Positions 7,781-16,247 of a DNA stretch of 54,049 nucleotides are shown one piece after another. The stretch's first letter is position 1. Every line of letters begins with the position of its first letter. The notes below the pieces were generated by a model. The model worked only from the letters and a program-made list of their open reading frames with translations. It was not told the origin of the DNA and made no database searches. The position numbers were made by a program, and so were the translations under genes. The stretch covers positions 1 through 54,049 of the IMG/VR virus record IMGVR_UViG_3300010048_000014. One strand, given 5' to 3'. Source of the DNA: a virus (taxonomy: Duplodnaviria > Caudoviricetes).

Positions 7781-7981
7781 TTACTTGCATTTGGGACAAT
7801 CCATAGAGCACCCGGTGCTCTGCCACCAATGAAGGATCAACTGGACCGCCGTTTCAGTTGGTGGACGCTGCTTGCGATGCCTCAACGGGATTACAGCCAT
7901 CCGCCGTCGGTGTCCGTTAGGACACTCAAACGTGGCTTTGTTGTTGCCGTGGTAGGCGATAACTTTGTGCCTGCACATCAT
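7781..7981 (-). CDS. Small putative Zn-binding protein
   Basis: CPNGH and CPKC motifs; first gene of leftward operon. Confidence 0.5.
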   Translation of the reverse strand: MMCRHKVIAYHGNNKATFECPNGHRRRMAVIPLRHRKQRPPTETAVQLILHWWQSTGCSMDCPKCK

Positions 7982-7993
7982 CGCACAACCCTC

Positions 7994-8021
7994 TTGACAG
8001 TGTAGTTAGACACGCTACACT
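7994..8021 (+). promoter_or_regulatory. Sigma70-type promoter in divergent region with palindromic operator candidate
   Basis: TTGACA (7994-7999), 16 bp, TACACT (8016-8021); AGTGTAG-N9-CTACACT inverted repeat. Confidence 0.65.
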
Positions 8022-8062
8022 AACAACGTCAATCACGCAACAACAAACCAAAGGGGTTTAAT

Positions 8063-8200
8063 ATGGCACGCAAAGCAGCAGCAGTCCCGGCATCCAAGGC
8101 AGAAATCGGCACTATCGGCTACAGCGGCGTGGATATCGCTCAGAACGCGGTTCGTCCGCTTTTAGAGGGGTTGCGCAAGTTGATGCAGGTTGACGCTTAG
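8063..8200 (+). CDS. 45-aa hypothetical protein
   Basis: Hand-translated MARKAAAVPASK...; AAAGGGGTTT RBS. Confidence 0.6.
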   Translation: MARKAAAVPASKAEIGTIGYSGVDIAQNAVRPLLEGLRKLMQVDA

Positions 8201-8208
8201 GGGTCGCC

Positions 8209-8334
8209 TAATCTCGGCCGGTGAACGCGGGCATCGGTAGACACAACACAAAGGTAGCCTGCTACAGCGGTGGCGATACCCCGGCGAAAGCCAGAGCATA
8301 GGACCGCTAAAGGCTATCAACCCGCGTAAGATTA
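8209..8334 (+). ncRNA. Candidate structured RNA (nested multi-stem rod with GAAA tetraloop)
   Basis: TAATCT/AGATTA, ACGCGGG/CCCGCGT, GGTAGCCT/AGGCTATC, AGCGGT/ACCGCT, GGC-GAAA-GCC. Confidence 0.5.
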
Positions 8335-8346
8335 TGGAGGCTTACT

Positions 8347-8529
8347 ATGAGCTACAGGTTTCGGAAGCACCGGAAGAAGCCAGAGACGTTGGACCTTACG
8401 AGCGCGAAGGATCGCGTCCTAGTTTTGCGCGCTTATCACAACTTGCTGTCCGAAGGCATGAGTGAGGAAGACGCCAAACTAAACGCCACCGCCTACGTCT
8501 TCGAACATTGGGACGAACTGGTGAACTGA
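8347..8529 (+). CDS. Hypothetical protein
   Basis: GGAGG RBS; 60 aa. Confidence 0.7.
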   Translation: MSYRFRKHRKKPETLDLTSAKDRVLVLRAYHNLLSEGMSEEDAKLNATAYVFEHWDELVN

Positions 8530-8575
8530 TGAAACGCGGCCCGCCGTCTGGACAACTGCCAAAAGGGGAACTCCG

Positions 8576-9307
8576 ATGCCGACAATCGATAACGCTGATC
8601 TCACCAAGGCAGCGAAGGAAATTCGCGGCCTGATGAAAGAGTGGGTCAATAACGCTCTCAAGATCGGAGCCGCGCTGGCACGCGCTCGCCTAGTTTTTGC
8701 CGAAAGATCGGCCGCGAAACCGATTAGGCGAAGGGGCGACCATCTACCGGGGTGGTCACAGTGGCTTAAGGCCGAAGTCAATCTCAGCGCTGACTACGCT
8801 TCAAGGATGATCCGCTGCCACGAACGGTTGTCTGGCAGACCCGGCGCTGAAAATCTCAGCGTCAAGGTTATGAAGTTATTGGCTCAGGAACAGACGCCTG
8901 ACGAAGCGATTGCGGAGGTTATTGATCTGGCTAAACGGCGATCAGTCAAGCCACGCGAAGCCAAGGAAGTCGTCAAGAAACATTTACCCAAGCCAGCGGA
9001 AGCCAATCAAAAAGCACGCGATACCGGTAAGCCGCATCTGGCAAGCGACGGCAATTATTACTTCGGTCACACCAAGGAAGAGGCAGAGGCCGTAGAACAA
9101 CAACGCACGCTGATCTACGGTGTTCGCCGTGCCGTCAAAGCGCTCTCTGACGTGGCAGACGAAATTACGCCGCTGCAATTTCTATCCAAGGCGCATTTGC
9201 ATCAGCTATGGAACCGCGACAACGAACGTGAATTAGAAAACGCAACGCGGTGGCTCGCTGAGCTGTCGGAGCAGTGGGAGAAACGCTATGCCCAACGCAC
9301 CGCGTAA
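8576..9307 (+). CDS. DUF3102-like phage protein
   Basis: IGAALARAR...GWSQWLKAEVNLSADYASRMIR pattern. Confidence 0.65.
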   Translation: MPTIDNADLTKAAKEIRGLMKEWVNNALKIGAALARARLVFAERSAAKPIRRRGDHLPGWSQWLKAEVNLSADYASRMIRCHERLSGRPGAENLSVKVMKLLAQEQTPDEAIAEVIDLAKRRSVKPREAKEVVKKHLPKPAEANQKARDTGKPHLASDGNYYFGHTKEEAEAVEQQRTLIYGVRRAVKALSDVADEITPLQFLSKAHLHQLWNRDNERELENATRWLAELSEQWEKRYAQRTA

Positions 9308-9785
9308 AATACAGCAACTGGTCACAAGCACCCTGCGACGGGAAGCGGCCAATCGAGGCCGCACTACCCTGAATAATATCGTGACTATGGTTTACTCCCA
9401 GATCGAGCGGCGCGGTGGTTATCAGGCGTTCGGTATCGGGCGCGCTGATATAGTGATGGCAGTGCGGAGCATTATTGCCCGCGAAGCCAAATCGCAGTTG
9501 ATTAAAACCCTGCCGGAAGACAGCTTTCGCGCTGTTCTGAACAACGGTGCTCCACCCGAACTTCGCGCCATTCTGCCGCGATTACCACAGTGGATCGCCA
9601 TCGAGAAAGGCAGCGATGCGCAGTGGGTGCCGTCATTGCAGGCGACCTACCAAGAATGGCTAGCCAATGCCGAAATGAAAAACATACTCGCTAACCAAAC
9701 TATCCGCAGGGCTGATTTTTCCGTTAACGTCGCGGATTATTTGAAGCAGTACGGACTAACCAGCCTCTCTGAGGTTCTTGATTAA
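9288..9785 (+). CDS. Hypothetical protein
   Basis: Overlaps upstream gene and abuts downstream gene in operon. Confidence 0.75.
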   Translation: MPNAPRKIQQLVTSTLRREAANRGRTTLNNIVTMVYSQIERRGGYQAFGIGRADIVMAVRSIIAREAKSQLIKTLPEDSFRAVLNNGAPPELRAILPRLPQWIAIEKGSDAQWVPSLQATYQEWLANAEMKNILANQTIRRADFSVNVADYLKQYGLTSLSEVLD

Positions 9786-10583
9786 ATGGCACTGACCGAT
9801 AAACAACGTGAACTGCGCAAGGGTCACTTCACAGGATCAGAAGCGAACATCCTGATGAACGGTGATCCGTACAAGATCAACGATCTGTGGCTCATGCACA
9901 CAGGCGATCCGCGCTACGTCGAACCGGACTTTAGTGACAATTGGCCGGTTCGATTGGGGGAGGTTACCGAAGAGCTAAACTTAGAGTTTGCTGCCAAAAA
10001 GTTTGGCCCGGTAACCAGAAAGGGGGAGGTCGTCGTTGGTGTCGGCAGTCTCGATTGGACTGCTGCCACCCTCGACGGCTGGTTGCACGCCCGATCCTGC
10101 CCAATAGAAGCTAAGTGTGTAAACCTTCGATATAACATCACTGACGTTATCGCGCGCTATCAGCCCCAACTCCACTGGCAGATGATGGTGTGCAAGGCGC
10201 AAGAGTGCGCGATCTCCGTTATCATCGGCGGGGCGGAACCGATAATCGAGTTTATCCCGTATGATCGCAAATATGGCCGGGAGCTATGGTCGCGGGCGGC
10301 AGCGTTCTGGCTGTGCGTCCGCAGCAGGACACCTCCGGTAGAGCTACCGGCAGCCCCACCTCCGCCAGTGCTTGCCGTCAAAGAATATGACATGGGCCAA
10401 GACCCGAAATGGAAGATACTGGCTGATGGCTGGATACAGGCTTACGGCGCTGCGGAAATAGCCAAGAAGGCTGAACGAGAGATCAAGGGTATGGTCCCGC
10501 CTGACGCCAAGCTGTGCTTTGGCCACGGCATCACTGTCACCCGCAACCGCGCAGGCGCGCTATCCCTAAGACAGGCGACGTGA
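9786..10583 (+). CDS. YqaJ/lambda-exonuclease-family recombination nuclease
   Basis: RKGHFTGSEA, ATLDG, IEAKC, YQPQLHWQM motifs; next to Bet. Confidence 0.9.
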   Translation: MALTDKQRELRKGHFTGSEANILMNGDPYKINDLWLMHTGDPRYVEPDFSDNWPVRLGEVTEELNLEFAAKKFGPVTRKGEVVVGVGSLDWTAATLDGWLHARSCPIEAKCVNLRYNITDVIARYQPQLHWQMMVCKAQECAISVIIGGAEPIIEFIPYDRKYGRELWSRAAAFWLCVRSRTPPVELPAAPPPPVLAVKEYDMGQDPKWKILADGWIQAYGAAEIAKKAEREIKGMVPPDAKLCFGHGITVTRNRAGALSLRQAT

Positions 10584-10593
10584 GAGAAGCAAA

Positions 10594-11676
10594 ATGAACA
10601 AGCTTGTTGTTAAGAAAACCGATGTCTCAATCACCGCTTCGTGGACCACAGAGGAAATCCAACTCATCAAGGAAACCGTCTGCAAAGGCGCGTCCGACAA
10701 CGAGTTCAAGCTATTCCTCTACCAAGCCAATAAAACCGGCCTTGATCCGCTCGCCCGACAAATCTACTCGATCAAGCGCCGGGAGCGCCGCGAAGATGGT
10801 TCGTGGGCGGATGTTCGCACCATCCAGACTGCAATTGACGGATTTAGAGTAGTCGCCGAACGGCACGGCAAATACGCCGGTCAGGTAGGTCCGTTCTGGT
10901 GCGGCCCGGACGGTGTCTGGCAGGACGTCTGGGTGAACGCCGAACCGCCCGCCGCTGCCCGTATTGGCGTTCTCCGTAGCGATTTCAAAGAGACGTGCTG
11001 GGGCGTAGCCCGCTTCGACGCCTACGCCCAGAAGAAGGATAACCGCCCAATCGCCATGTGGGCAAAGATGGGTGACGTGATGGTCGCCAAGTGCGCAGAA
11101 GCGCTAGCCCTAAGAAAAGCGTTCCCGCAGGACTTGTCTGGTGTCTATACCCACGACGAGATGCAGCAGGCCGGGCCTACGGAAGAGATAATTGAGCCTG
11201 CGCCCGCAATCGAGCCGCCCAGTAAGGCAGCAGAAGCGCTAGTCGATATCGCCTCGCAAGAACAGGAATACAGCAAGCCGGAACAAATAGCGGACGACAT
11301 CGCGGCGTCCAAGGTTGATTGGAAAGCCTTCGGGGAGAAAGTGCTTGAAGCCTATCGGACAGGCGCGGACCTGACACCAGAGCAACTTGCCATGCTTGAC
11401 CGCATGGAGCAGGAAAAGCCGAGGTCTTACCAAAATCTGATGAAAGCGGCCGAAAAGGCGCGTTCTAAACCAGAGACGCCGCCGCAGCCCAAGCCGGAAG
11501 ACGATCCTGACGCTTACCGGGTTTGGCTGATCGATCAGATGTCGCGCTTCGACACGGCGGCAGGGTTGAACGACTTCTTCGCTGCCCAGCAGAAGTTATG
11601 GGAACCCTGTTTCCCCCCGGATATCGAAGACTGGGACAACTTGTTTAAGGAACGCGCAGCAGAGCTAGGGAAATGA
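10594..11676 (+). CDS. bet: Phage recombination protein Bet (RecT/Redbeta ssDNA-annealing family)
   Basis: GLDPLARQIY, IQTAIDGFRVVAER, WAKMGDVMVAKCAEALALRKAFP, GVYTHDEM. Confidence 0.92.
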   Translation: MNKLVVKKTDVSITASWTTEEIQLIKETVCKGASDNEFKLFLYQANKTGLDPLARQIYSIKRRERREDGSWADVRTIQTAIDGFRVVAERHGKYAGQVGPFWCGPDGVWQDVWVNAEPPAAARIGVLRSDFKETCWGVARFDAYAQKKDNRPIAMWAKMGDVMVAKCAEALALRKAFPQDLSGVYTHDEMQQAGPTEEIIEPAPAIEPPSKAAEALVDIASQEQEYSKPEQIADDIAASKVDWKAFGEKVLEAYRTGADLTPEQLAMLDRMEQEKPRSYQNLMKAAEKARSKPETPPQPKPEDDPDAYRVWLIDQMSRFDTAAGLNDFFAAQQKLWEPCFPPDIEDWDNLFKERAAELGK

Positions 11677-12098
11677 TCGAGTTCGCTTGCGCAAAACGAA
11701 AGGCCAAGTTCGCGGGCGAGGTCGGCATCTTCGGCATCGATCAGGTATCGGACGAGGAGATCAAGCAGTTACCGGATGATATGGTCTGGGCCGAAATCAC
11801 CGTGCCGCGTAACCTTAAACAGATAAGATATCTGTGGGCCATCGCGTCGAAACTAGCAGAGGGTGGCGTCTATGAAAGTAAAGAGGACGCCATGGATGAC
11901 TTAAAGATACGCGCACGGTTCGCGCGCTGGGGGGTGGAGAATGAGCGCACCATTGTTGTTCCTAGATCGCTTTCTCGACAACGTGGCGATGTTCTGCATC
12001 GGCTTATCAACAGGATTGTTTATATCGTGTGCAGCGATCTTCTCCCACATATCAAAGAAGCGGACCTTCGGGCCGAAATCGAAGAGATGGTGACTTAG
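11673..12098 (+). CDS. Hypothetical protein (DUF1367/NinB-like, tentative)
   Basis: PRNLKQIRYLWA...VPRSLS pattern; position after Bet. Confidence 0.6.
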   Translation: MIEFACAKRKAKFAGEVGIFGIDQVSDEEIKQLPDDMVWAEITVPRNLKQIRYLWAIASKLAEGGVYESKEDAMDDLKIRARFARWGVENERTIVVPRSLSRQRGDVLHRLINRIVYIVCSDLLPHIKEADLRAEIEEMVT

Positions 12099-12130
12099 AT
12101 GAGACTGCATGGCGATTTTGCGAGGTTTGC

Positions 12131-12529
12131 ATGACACCGCGCCGGGAGTTCTCCGCAGCAACACGCCGCGCCGCATGGGAGCGGGCGAATGGTTGCTGCG
12201 AAGGCAGGGTGATGTCCACTTCCCTAAGCGAAGGCGGCTTCTGGAAAATGGTTAGGTGCAATGCGCCACTGGACCACGGCAATTTCCATTACGACCACAT
12301 CGATCCCGATTTCTTCGGCGCTGATGACCGCGCAGAACTGGAGAACTGCCAGCTATTGTGTTGGGTATGCCATAAGACGAAGACCAAGCGAGATATGAGA
12401 GGCATCGCCAAGTCCAAGCGGATACAGGACAAGCGCATCAAGGCGCGCAAGCCCAAGGGGCGGCCACTGCCGGGGACCAAGCGCAGCGGCTTGCGCAAGC
12501 GCATGGATGGAACGGTAGAACGCCGATGA
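12131..12529 (+). CDS. HNH endonuclease
   Basis: RREFS...CEG...C...HYDHIDP...NCQLLCWVCHKTKT. Confidence 0.85.
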   Translation: MTPRREFSAATRRAAWERANGCCEGRVMSTSLSEGGFWKMVRCNAPLDHGNFHYDHIDPDFFGADDRAELENCQLLCWVCHKTKTKRDMRGIAKSKRIQDKRIKARKPKGRPLPGTKRSGLRKRMDGTVERR

Positions 12530-12612
12530 CAGAGTTCGACCATTTCATAAGCGGTGTCATCTTTATCTTTGGTGCAATGGCGTTGTTTGCGTTGTTGGCA
12601 ATTTTTCGGTGA
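12526..12612 (+). CDS. 28-aa single-TM peptide
   Basis: MTEFDHFISGVIFIFGAMALFALLAIFR; ATGA overlap with HNH. Confidence 0.55.
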   Translation: MTEFDHFISGVIFIFGAMALFALLAIFR

Positions 12613-12630
12613 AGCAAAGGAGGATGGGAA

Positions 12631-13110
12631 ATGAGTGAACTTGGACAAATACCGGAAGCCATGATGCCGTATGAGGCACCGCCAGTGCCCACGGTGGTGC
12701 AAGACCCGGACAAGCAGGCCGCTATCCGCGCAGCCACCTACTACGACCGCGTGGAAGCGGAACGGGAACAGCACCGTCAACTGCTAGAGCAGGCCAAGAT
12801 AGCGCTAGAAATTCAGATCACACGAAACGGCGATCTGCAAAAGCTGTTAGACGCAGAACGAGACCGCTATGCGTTGATTGAGAGAGCCTATCACGACGCC
12901 ATTCAAGATCGCGCCGATCTGGAGGCGATACTGGCAGACGAGAGAGATCACCATGAAGACCGCGCGTCACGTCTTGGTCGCTTTGACTTTAGCCGCTTGC
13001 GCAAGCGTAACGGCAAACATCCCAAGCGCAATGGCGACACCGTGTCTGACAATGCAGGAAGCACGGTCGAAGTGGCCATCGACCCACATGTACTGGCATC
13101 AGGGTCCTGA
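12631..13110 (+). CDS. Coiled-coil hypothetical protein
   Basis: AGGAGG RBS; heptad-rich. Confidence 0.7.
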   Translation: MSELGQIPEAMMPYEAPPVPTVVQDPDKQAAIRAATYYDRVEAEREQHRQLLEQAKIALEIQITRNGDLQKLLDAERDRYALIERAYHDAIQDRADLEAILADERDHHEDRASRLGRFDFSRLRKRNGKHPKRNGDTVSDNAGSTVEVAIDPHVLASGS

Positions 13111-13426
13111 CGGCCGCTGTTGGGACAATCACGCAAAGGGCGCGGAGCACTACGACCCGCGCCCACACCTCAAGATGACGCCGCCTCCTGTTCCCAGCAA
13201 CGTGGCAGCGTCACCGCCATCGGAGCTAGAGCGACCAGCCGCCCACGCTCCGGTGGCGGAGTTCTACTACCCAGTGCTGGTGCATGATCGCAGCATGCTG
13301 GACGACTACCATGTGCTGGTCTGGCCGCAGCCGTGGCTCAATCCGGACAGCATTATGCATTGGCCGCTACTGCTTGATGCGGATCGGACGCCATTCACAA
13401 CTTGGAATAAGCGGGTTGGTCAGTAA
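12953..13426 (+). CDS. Putative exported protein or lipoprotein
   Basis: MKTARHVLVALTLAAC signal/lipobox-like; CLTMQEARSKWP...YWH...CWD motif. Confidence 0.6.
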   Translation: MKTARHVLVALTLAACASVTANIPSAMATPCLTMQEARSKWPSTHMYWHQGPDGRCWDNHAKGAEHYDPRPHLKMTPPPVPSNVAASPPSELERPAAHAPVAEFYYPVLVHDRSMLDDYHVLVWPQPWLNPDSIMHWPLLLDADRTPFTTWNKRVGQ

Positions 13427-13760
13427 TTCGCCATCAGCAAGGCCCAGAGCACAATGCAGGCGACGGCGATCCAAAACATCGGATTAAAATAAATTTGTGT
13501 GAAAGTTGTTTCGATAAACCGGGCACTTCTGTCAGAAACTTTGTTTGCTCACGTTCAGGTTAGGCCCGTTACGCCTGAAGTCAAGTCGGCCAAAACAGCC
13601 AACAAGTCCTTATGTGGTGTGACTGTAGTTGCCGAAACTACAAAAACCACGGACCCCTCATGTTAGACTATGTCATCGGTTGGAATGAACCAGCCGGTCG
13701 GGGTCACCCCCGGTTGTTTGACAACTTAATCAGCACGCAACGTGCAGAGGAAGGTGCGTC

Positions 13761-14054
13761 ATGGCAAAACGGCGCACAAAGAATATCGACACGATGATCG
13801 AGACGCTTGAGGCCAGACTGTTCCGGACAGTCAATGCTCTCTACCGGTACAAGCTGGCGAAGCGGCGGATCGCAGCCCGGCTACAGAAGGAGAAGGAAGC
13901 GCTCCGGAAGCCCAAGGCTGTAGCACTCAAGCTGCCCAAGCCGCCCAAGCCGGTCGATCTAACCAAGCCGAAGAAGATGCCCAAGGCGCTCCGCCCGCAA
14001 GGAACGAGCGTCGAGGTGTGGGAACCGGAAGCCCCGGTTCCCCCGATTGCCTAG
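13761..14054 (+). CDS. Basic Lys/Pro-rich hypothetical protein
   Basis: GAGGAAGG RBS; preceded by hairpin, TTTGACAAC and CAGCACGCAAC leader variant. Confidence 0.7.
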   Translation: MAKRRTKNIDTMIETLEARLFRTVNALYRYKLAKRRIAARLQKEKEALRKPKAVALKLPKPPKPVDLTKPKKMPKALRPQGTSVEVWEPEAPVPPIA

Positions 14055-14060
14055 CCAACT

Positions 14061-14090
14061 CAGCCGCCCTCCGGGGCGGCTGTCTTTTTG
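14061..14090 (+). terminator. Rho-independent terminator
   Basis: CAGCCGCCC-TCCG-GGGCGGCTG followed by TCTTTTT. Confidence 0.8.
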
Positions 14091-14111
14091 CCGCAATGCA
14101 ACTTGAGGATT

Positions 14112-14252
14112 AAGCCGCCGCCCAGTCTACGGGGGCTGGGGGGCTTGAAGTGACCGGACGGCGGCCGCGAACCGAAAGCAATCGTGGGTTTGTCGGGGGA
14201 TGGGATCAATTGCTTCCGGCAAGCACCATCAGTAACGCGGTTGCCGTCCGGT
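14112..14252 (+). ncRNA. Candidate structured RNA
   Basis: 17-bp stem 14153-14169/14236-14252 with two G-U pairs on + strand, inner stem, upstream hairpin. Confidence 0.35.
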
Positions 14253-14287
14253 TCCAAGCTATACGATAGGTTATAAGCCAAATATTT

Positions 14288-15259
14288 TCAGGCGACCTCT
14301 TCTCCCGGGGCTACGGGATAAATCACTTGTACGAGGTCGTCAGTGTCTATGGCTAATTCGCGTAGTACGGCAGGACTGGTATCACATACCCTCTGAGTGC
14401 TGACGTGAGGACCCCAATCTGCCGGTCGAGCAGTTACCGAACGGCCTGTCTTGGGAGCATAAATCCTCGCCACTTCCTTGCCCGCCAACCGTGTTTTAGG
14501 AAACTGCGAGTAATCCCAGCGCAGCGCCAGATAATGCTTGTTGGGGTCCAACCGCCGGGCCAAGCCGGTTGTGCCTTTAGGCTGATGCGGGAGGAAGAGT
14601 TCCGGAGCCGTCTCGTATTTATAAATGAACGCCAGCCCTTCTGATGGCGTAACCCCGGTATCATCCGGGCCGCCGAACCATGAGACCTTACCGGATACGT
14701 TGAGGACATCTTCCGCAACCGGCGCCTCCTCTGCCGATGGCGCTACAGTGTTGGCGATAGCTTCGCATATACCGTCGAAGTGCTGGGTATAAGCTTCAAC
14801 ATCGGCCGCGGCGTCTACGAAGCATATTTCCAGAAGCACAGCGGGCTTGTTAGTGCCGTTCAGGAAGTACAAGTCTGAGCGCTTCTTGGCACCCCGGTTT
14901 ATCAGTCCGCTTACGGAGCAAATGGCATTGGTAATCTTGCTCGCCAGCGCCTGCTGAGTGACATACAAGGTCTCGTCGCCACGCCCCAGTTCAGTCGGGA
15001 CATAGGCATTGAAGTGGACCGAAATATCTAACTCCCGGTCCTGCTTGTTATGCCAGTTGACGATGGTATTGAGGTTCTGCTGCTGGGTGGTCGAACTGTC
15101 GTCGTTGAAGGTGTGAACGGTATTACCGTTCGCCCGCAGGAACTCCGCCACCTTGGGGACAACCCGGCGGGCTTCGTTTACCTCGTCCAATCCCCAGCCC
15201 TGTGGCCCCACCGCTCCCCTGACGTATTTCCCGTGGCCACTACTGATGGCTATCTTCAT
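14288..15259 (-). CDS. Endolysin: N-acetylmuramoyl-L-alanine amidase (Amidase_3) plus C-terminal RlpA/DPBB-like domain
   Basis: ISSGHG, E, ISVHFNA, AVLLEICFVD; C-terminal VSWFGG...ADWGP...CDTSP. Confidence 0.9.
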   Translation of the reverse strand: MKIAISSGHGKYVRGAVGPQGWGLDEVNEARRVVPKVAEFLRANGNTVHTFNDDSSTTQQQNLNTIVNWHNKQDRELDISVHFNAYVPTELGRGDETLYVTQQALASKITNAICSVSGLINRGAKKRSDLYFLNGTNKPAVLLEICFVDAAADVEAYTQHFDGICEAIANTVAPSAEEAPVAEDVLNVSGKVSWFGGPDDTGVTPSEGLAFIYKYETAPELFLPHQPKGTTGLARRLDPNKHYLALRWDYSQFPKTRLAGKEVARIYAPKTGRSVTARPADWGPHVSTQRVCDTSPAVLRELAIDTDDLVQVIYPVAPGEEVA

Positions 15260-15464
15260 GTGCGCACCTCCTCAATTCTTTGACGCCCTCTATAATCTCA
15301 ATCACATCGCTTCGGCAAAGCGACAGGGCATCTTCATGATCTTCGTTACGCCACCAGTTCAAAGCCTTCATTAACCCATCGAACCTTTTTTCAAGATCGT
15401 GCCTATATGGCCGCGTTGGCGACATCGGACCAGATGACGGTCCACTACTGATGGCTATCTTCAT
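15237..15464. repeat. 23-bp perfect direct repeat (CCACTACTGATGGCTATCTTCAT) at 15237-15259 and 15442-15464
   Basis: Exact match, 205 bp apart. Confidence 0.95.
15240..15464 (-). CDS. 74-aa hypothetical protein between the direct repeats
   Basis: Begins MKIAISSG like the endolysin and ends EDSHQ like the upstream gene. Confidence 0.55.
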   Translation of the reverse strand: MKIAISSGPSSGPMSPTRPYRHDLEKRFDGLMKALNWWRNEDHEDALSLCRSDVIEIIEGVKELRRCAHEDSHQ

Positions 15465-15720
15465 CGACTGGTCCCTTCAGGGTTGGAGCGAGGAAGAACG
15501 TTTTCTTGGTATTGCATTGGTCGATCAGCTTATGGATCAACTCATCCTGCGCTGCATAGCGCGCGGTAGTGCGAATGTTGAGTTCGTGCGAGGCATAGGT
15601 GATTGCGCCGACGAAGATAACGTTCATCACGATCAGCGCCAGCGCAATAGGCTGGGATTTTAAGCCCTCGATGACGCCAGTCGCAACCTTCGCGCCTTCC
15701 TCTACCGGGCCGGGGGTCAT
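15445..15720 (-). CDS. Single-TM protein, putative holin
   Basis: IALALIVMNVIFVGAITY TM segment; position in lysis cluster. Confidence 0.55.
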   Translation of the reverse strand: MTPGPVEEGAKVATGVIEGLKSQPIALALIVMNVIFVGAITYASHELNIRTTARYAAQDELIHKLIDQCNTKKTFFLAPTLKGPVDEDSHQ

Positions 15721-15929
15721 TTTTGCAGTCTTTCCCTGACTTCGTCACAACTGATGCCAACAGCGATGTGCTTGCCATCGATCATGTTAATGATGCACTT
15801 CACCCTCGCATCAAACCTCGTTCCATGTGGCGTCGCCAAAGATACAACATCTTCACTATTGATAGTCACTACTGGTCCGCCATTTGGCCCAGCGAACGTG
15901 ACCAGATGAAGTGCCAGCAGGAATATCAC
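15717..15929 (-). CDS. Small protein, FlbD-like pattern (tentative)
   Basis: GPNG..V.IN.E.VVSL...IINMIDGK.IAV..S.DEV..RL. Confidence 0.55.
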   Translation of the reverse strand: MIFLLALHLVTFAGPNGGPVVTINSEDVVSLATPHGTRFDARVKCIINMIDGKHIAVGISCDEVRERLQK

Positions 15930-16240
15930 CGGGCCATCCGTAGGATCATAGCGTGACTGCGCGGATCGTTGACAACGCTAAGATGATCTCTACCCAAAGC
16001 CGCCGCCGAAATGACTGTGCTGCCCGCCATGGGCGGTACCGGATCAAGGGCAATGAACGTGCCGTGGTTTGCGGCCGCCATAGCAGCGCAAGTTCCGGCC
16101 CCTATGCTATGGCCGACATACAGCGCACCGGGTATTGGCCGCTCTATTGCTACGCGAACATGATGAGATGTTAGCCAGCTAGCAAGATAATCAACCGGCT
16201 GATGTATCAATAGACCATAGCAAAGCACGACAGTTTTCAT
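15926..16240 (-). CDS. Minimal alpha/beta-hydrolase-like protein
   Basis: VGHSIGA nucleophile elbow, ALDPV, C-terminal His (DHLSV). Confidence 0.6.
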   Translation of the reverse strand: MKTVVLCYGLLIHQPVDYLASWLTSHHVRVAIERPIPGALYVGHSIGAGTCAAMAAANHGTFIALDPVPPMAGSTVISAAALGRDHLSVVNDPRSHAMILRMAR

Positions 16241-16247
16241 GGCTCAC

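Noticed and set aside
12631-13426. Rz/Rz1 spanin pair
   Set aside because: Upstream protein lacks an N-terminal TM anchor and the pair lies in the recombination operon, opposite to the lysis genes
14153-14252. Hammerhead ribozyme or tRNA
   Set aside because: Minus strand has CTGATGG rather than CTGANGA and no correctly placed GAAA; no cloverleaf or T-loop consensus
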